Shown: piece by piece, positions 26,805-30,409 of the stretch
Layout of the letters: the number at the start of each line of letters is the position of its first letter
How positions within the stretch are numbered: the first letter of the stretch is position 1
Source: a virus
Taxonomy: Duplodnaviria; Caudoviricetes
Direction: 5' to 3' (one strand)
IMG/VR virus record: IMGVR_UViG_3300029825_000697
Location: 1-30,409 of that record
Length of the DNA stretch: 30,409 nucleotides
Made by a program: the position numbers and the translations under genes
Notes under the pieces: generated by a model
The model's input: only the letters and a program-made list of their open reading frames with translations
Told to the model about the DNA's origin: nothing
Databases searched by the model: none

Positions 26805-28739
26805 ATGAAGTTATTGTATTTATGGGTAGAAAACCATAAAGAAATGATTAAGAATCAATCTTTTAACATATCAAACTCTTATCATATTGATTTTGATATG
26901 CAGTTTAACAGGTTACATATATCTAAAAACAAAGAATATATAGAAAACTTCTATGGTAATAATATACTTGACATAACAGCAATAGTAGGAAGAAATGGAA
27001 CAGGAAAAACAACGATAACAAGGAGTTTATATAAAATATGTGATAGTGTTAACCCAGTAGATGATGATGAATACTATCCAGCATATATTACAAAGCATAT
27101 AGTGATTTACGAGGTAGAAAGCCAGCAAGAAGGCGAACCAAGTAAATTAATAATACACTACTTTTTATCTAAGGATCCAAGTGTTGAAATTACTGAAGAC
27201 ATAGTAGTGGATTTAATAAATTTAAAGGATGTAAAAGGGGACGAATTTGAGCGAGCAGAGAAGCAACACAATATGACAACAGTATATTTCACAAATGCTT
27301 TTGAAGTAAATAATGTATTAGATAATCAAGGATTTTCAGAGTTTAGTTCGAGTGGTACACATAAATCACTTGCATATACACCGATGCTTTCATTACATAG
27401 AGCATTCATAAATTTGAGGGAGAATTACGGCTCAAAACAAAGTGAAGGTGGATTGATAGTAAGCGTTATAGAGCAATATGCTCAGAATATGACTAGAGAT
27501 TTTAAATTATCATATGCAACAGCTCAAAGCTATAATTATTTAATAGCAACAAGATATTTTCCTGGAGCAATAGCAAGAATTTTACCAGTCATGAAAGACT
27601 TTAAAATAAGCATAACAGAATTTGGGCAATACATTAAGTATAAAAGAGGGTTTATTGGACTTAGTAAAATGGATTGGCATGTAATGTTTATAAGAAATAA
27701 CATTTATGAATATATAGCACTTAACTATAAAAAGTATCATTGGGAGCAAATGTATGTAAATATAATCTGTGAAATTGCATTATTTGTGAGCCTAACATGG
27801 GATATAAATTTTGAAAAGGTGGAACATAGATATTCTTCATTAAATAAAAATAAATCATTTGAAATATTATTAGAACAAATTAAAGATAATGAAGAAAATA
27901 CACCTAAGAAAGAGTTAATCAGGAGGATAAGAAATGTACAAGGTATTGATTTAAGTATCATAAAAGAGTTTATTGAGATAGTAGATAGATATGAGGAGCT
28001 AAATATCTTAGCAACTTCAACATGGTATAAGCAGGTTCAAAACTTCTTAGAAGATTATGATAAGATTAAAAATATTGAAATAGAGCAAACAATCAATTAT
28101 GGATTCAATCCATTAATAGAATTAATCATTGAGCAATATAATAACAAGAAAACAATTTATAGTAGAATGATTAATATAATACCTCAACCTATGTCTTCTG
28201 GTGAGATAGCATTGATTAATATATTTGCAACTGTTTATTCAGCAATGAAAAAGAGAACAAGTGGAAGTATATTATTAATAATAGATGAGATAGACGCATT
28301 TCTACATCCGAAATGGCAACAGGACATACTAACACATATCACCAGATGGATAAATGAATCAGAGTTTTTTTATAAAAAGAAAGTTCAATTAGTAGTAGCA
28401 ACACATTCACCAATTATTCTATCAGATATACCAAGGGATAATATCATTTATTTGAAAGAACCATTTGAGGTTTATCCAAGTGGACAGCTTACCTTTGGAG
28501 CAAACATTAGTACACTTTTCTATGATTCTTTTTTCATGGAGAAAGGAAGCATAGGAGCAATAGCAAGGAGAGAGATTCAATGGGCGATAGATAATATTGA
28601 AAACACCAACTTAAATTTAGATAATCGGAAGAGGCTCGTATATATAATCAACAATATAGGAGACAAATTCCTAAGAGAAAATCTAAAGTCATATCCTATT
28701 TATATTGAATCTGCGAAAGAAAGCAGGGATGACTTATGA
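26805..28739 (+). CDS. ptuA: Septu-like ABC/AAA ATPase
   Basis: GRNGTGKT, MSSGE signature, LLIIDEID..LHP.WQ, ATHSP..LSD, TFGANI; coupled to an HNH gene. Confidence 0.78.
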   Translation: MKLLYLWVENHKEMIKNQSFNISNSYHIDFDMQFNRLHISKNKEYIENFYGNNILDITAIVGRNGTGKTTITRSLYKICDSVNPVDDDEYYPAYITKHIVIYEVESQQEGEPSKLIIHYFLSKDPSVEITEDIVVDLINLKDVKGDEFERAEKQHNMTTVYFTNAFEVNNVLDNQGFSEFSSSGTHKSLAYTPMLSLHRAFINLRENYGSKQSEGGLIVSVIEQYAQNMTRDFKLSYATAQSYNYLIATRYFPGAIARILPVMKDFKISITEFGQYIKYKRGFIGLSKMDWHVMFIRNNIYEYIALNYKKYHWEQMYVNIICEIALFVSLTWDINFEKVEHRYSSLNKNKSFEILLEQIKDNEENTPKKELIRRIRNVQGIDLSIIKEFIEIVDRYEELNILATSTWYKQVQNFLEDYDKIKNIEIEQTINYGFNPLIELIIEQYNNKKTIYSRMINIIPQPMSSGEIALINIFATVYSAMKKRTSGSILLIIDEIDAFLHPKWQQDILTHITRWINESEFFYKKKVQLVVATHSPIILSDIPRDNIIYLKEPFEVYPSGQLTFGANISTLFYDSFFMEKGSIGAIARREIQWAIDNIENTNLNLDNRKRLVYIINNIGDKFLRENLKSYPIYIESAKESRDDL

Positions 28740-29710
28740 TTAAGATAGAAGTAACAAAGGAAATGAGGAAACAAATAAACGATATTCACAGAGAATACAT
28801 TGAGCAAACTTCTGTATTAAAGCTAGAGGAAAAGATTAAGAAAATAAGGACTAAAAAACGTGAATTATTTAAGAAGTTATTTGGAGATAACACAAAGAAG
28901 AGGAAAACATCTATAATAAACTACTGTTTATCAGCTGATTTAGAAGATATACTAAAAACATTTGATGTTACATTTAGTGAGGTATATGGATTTAAATTTA
29001 GTGATAAATCAACTGATAAACAAAAGAGAACAATTGAAGCTATACGTAAAGATTTAGATGAGGTTTTTAATTATAGAGGATTCAACGCTGGTATAAAATT
29101 AAAAAACGGTAGCAAGTGGAATAGGCACAAGTTTATCACGGCTTTAGGAATTAGGGTGTGTCCCTATTGTAATCGGCAATATATAAGCTCTTATGAAGAT
29201 GGAACAGAAGGTAGAAAGACTACAGCTGATGCAGACCATTATTACCCTAAAGAACAATATCCAATTTTACAAATGAACATATTTAATTTAGTACCGAGTT
29301 GTAATGTATGTAATTCAAGGACTAAGGGAAGAAGTAATAAGAGACATCTATATCCTTACGTGGATCCAAGTGATAGCTTAAGTTTTCAGATACCATTAGA
29401 ATTAGGTGAGCAAGTATCGAAGATATTAATAGATACAAAAATTAATAAAAGAGCTGAAACTTCAAAAGATGTATTTAAGCTTGATAAAATATATCAAGCT
29501 CATTTAGAGGAGGCAATAGAGGTTAAGCAAAATGCAATAAATTACTTTGAATTTGGTGAAAGAGCATATGAAGCATTACAAGGTTTAGATGTATCATTTG
29601 ATATATTCCCTACATGGTTCAATTTCATGGGAAAGGATGCATTAAAAGATCCATTAACAAAACTAAGGCAAGACATATATAAACAAGTAATGGACGAGCT
29701 TAAAAAGTAA
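28736..29710 (+). CDS. ptuB: Septu-like HNH endonuclease
   Basis: CPYC...ADHYYPK...NLVPSCNVCN; ATGA overlap with the ATPase gene. Confidence 0.8.
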   Translation: MIKIEVTKEMRKQINDIHREYIEQTSVLKLEEKIKKIRTKKRELFKKLFGDNTKKRKTSIINYCLSADLEDILKTFDVTFSEVYGFKFSDKSTDKQKRTIEAIRKDLDEVFNYRGFNAGIKLKNGSKWNRHKFITALGIRVCPYCNRQYISSYEDGTEGRKTTADADHYYPKEQYPILQMNIFNLVPSCNVCNSRTKGRSNKRHLYPYVDPSDSLSFQIPLELGEQVSKILIDTKINKRAETSKDVFKLDKIYQAHLEEAIEVKQNAINYFEFGERAYEALQGLDVSFDIFPTWFNFMGKDALKDPLTKLRQDIYKQVMDELKK

Positions 29711-30326
29711 AATCCATATAAGTTGAAAGTACCTAATGTCAAGAAAGCATGAGGTGTTTTTAGTGGGGTTTAATAACAATGTAATTAGAGTGCAGTAGGC
29801 ATAGGAATATATTGTAGCGGACAGACAGCAGCGGATAGAGATCAATAACAGAAAGTTGAAACAGATGGAAGAAATAATTAAACATCAGAAGGCTTAAAAA
29901 TGAGTACAGTGTACATATTGTTTAGAATCTTAGTTTTGACCCGTACAGGGCAATCAAGTAACCATAATTGTTGCCCATGATTTTGGGTTAAATCACTCCC
30001 CAAAGAATGGGAAGATAGATTACATAACATTGTTCGAGAAAATGTGTCTACTATATTGACATAGTGGCAAGTAATAATAGAAAAATAAATTGTAATGAAC
30101 AAAGCTTTCAAGAGTTTAATATATTTTTGAGAGTTTTGTTGTTTACAATTTAAAATAATTGTAAAATATAAAAAATGGTTAATTTATTAAAAAAGGCCAT
30201 GGGTTTAAAAATAGTAAAGATATAATTAAAATTTAAGATTTTTTAAAATGTATCTTACTACATTTATCTAAAATACAACCTGCCGCCAAGGGGGTAATAT
30301 CAGTCTACGACATCATTATTGTACTC

Positions 30327-30368
30327 TCAAGGCATGTTGAAGTATGCTGCCTTCTGAAAAGGATGTAA
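30327..30368 (+). other. rlmD/rumA-like 3'-end remnant, putative att site
   Basis: CAT GTT GAA GTA TGC TGC CTT CTG AAA AGG ATG TAA = HVEVCCLLKRM*, like the RlmD C-terminus HVE...LL.R; TCAA-GGCATG-TTGA inverted repeat at the junction. Confidence 0.55.
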
Positions 30369-30409
30369 GCATGTGGCTGGTTGGAAATGGATATACCGAT
30401 TATATTTGC

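Larger units (their letters stand above)
15230..30345 (+). mobile_element. Integrative element with triple serine recombinases and defence cargo (no conjugation genes in the window)
   Basis: Activator/sigma/SHOCT/3x recombinase module, defence genes and an rlmD-like att candidate at about 30327-30368. Left boundary uncertain. Confidence 0.6.

Noticed and set aside
1649-27961. Antisense ORFs in the track (e.g. 1649-1990, 2065-2496, 4900-5304, 9376-9900, 21267-21791, 27737-27961)
   Set aside because: They are shadow frames of well-supported genes on the opposite strand, with no recognisable motifs.
30142-30165. Palindrome TTTACAATT-N6-AATTGTAAA as an operator
   Set aside because: Very AT-rich, with no properly spaced promoter or downstream gene visible.
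29711-30300. Retron msr-msd or an intact gene after ptuB (including ORFs 29663-29845 and 29878-30111)
   Set aside because: No reverse transcriptase in the window and no convincing a1/a2 repeats. The plus strand shows only broken reading frames, probably a gene remnant.

Overview
Low-GC clostridial (Bacillota) chromosome segment with four parts. (1) 1-8508 is the right-hand part of a phage-satellite-like island. It carries TerS, a sigma-70 factor, a myovirus-type tape measure protein and a head-closure protein, but no TerL, portal, capsid, sheath or tube in this window. A repressor/Cro/Xis-like switch follows, then a probable attR that copies the guaA 3' end (GAG TGG GAG TAA). (2) 8655-13245 holds the host glycine cleavage genes gcvH-gcvPA-gcvPB-lpdA on the minus strand, without gcvT. 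(3) About 13508-15227 is an apparently intact IS110 element with a structured left end (candidate bridge RNA), inserted into an inverted repeat. (4) About 15230-30370 is an integrative element. It has a regulatory cascade (activator-like gene, phased repeats, terminator, leader peptide, sigma-like factor, ~290-nt structured RNA candidate, SHOCT-like protein) and three large serine recombinases. Its defence cargo is a DUF1413-like gene plus Lamassu-like LmuA/C/B, a decayed HEPN gene and Septu-like PtuAB, ending at an rlmD-like 3'-end att candidate. All family assignments come from motif recognition by eye; no searches were run.
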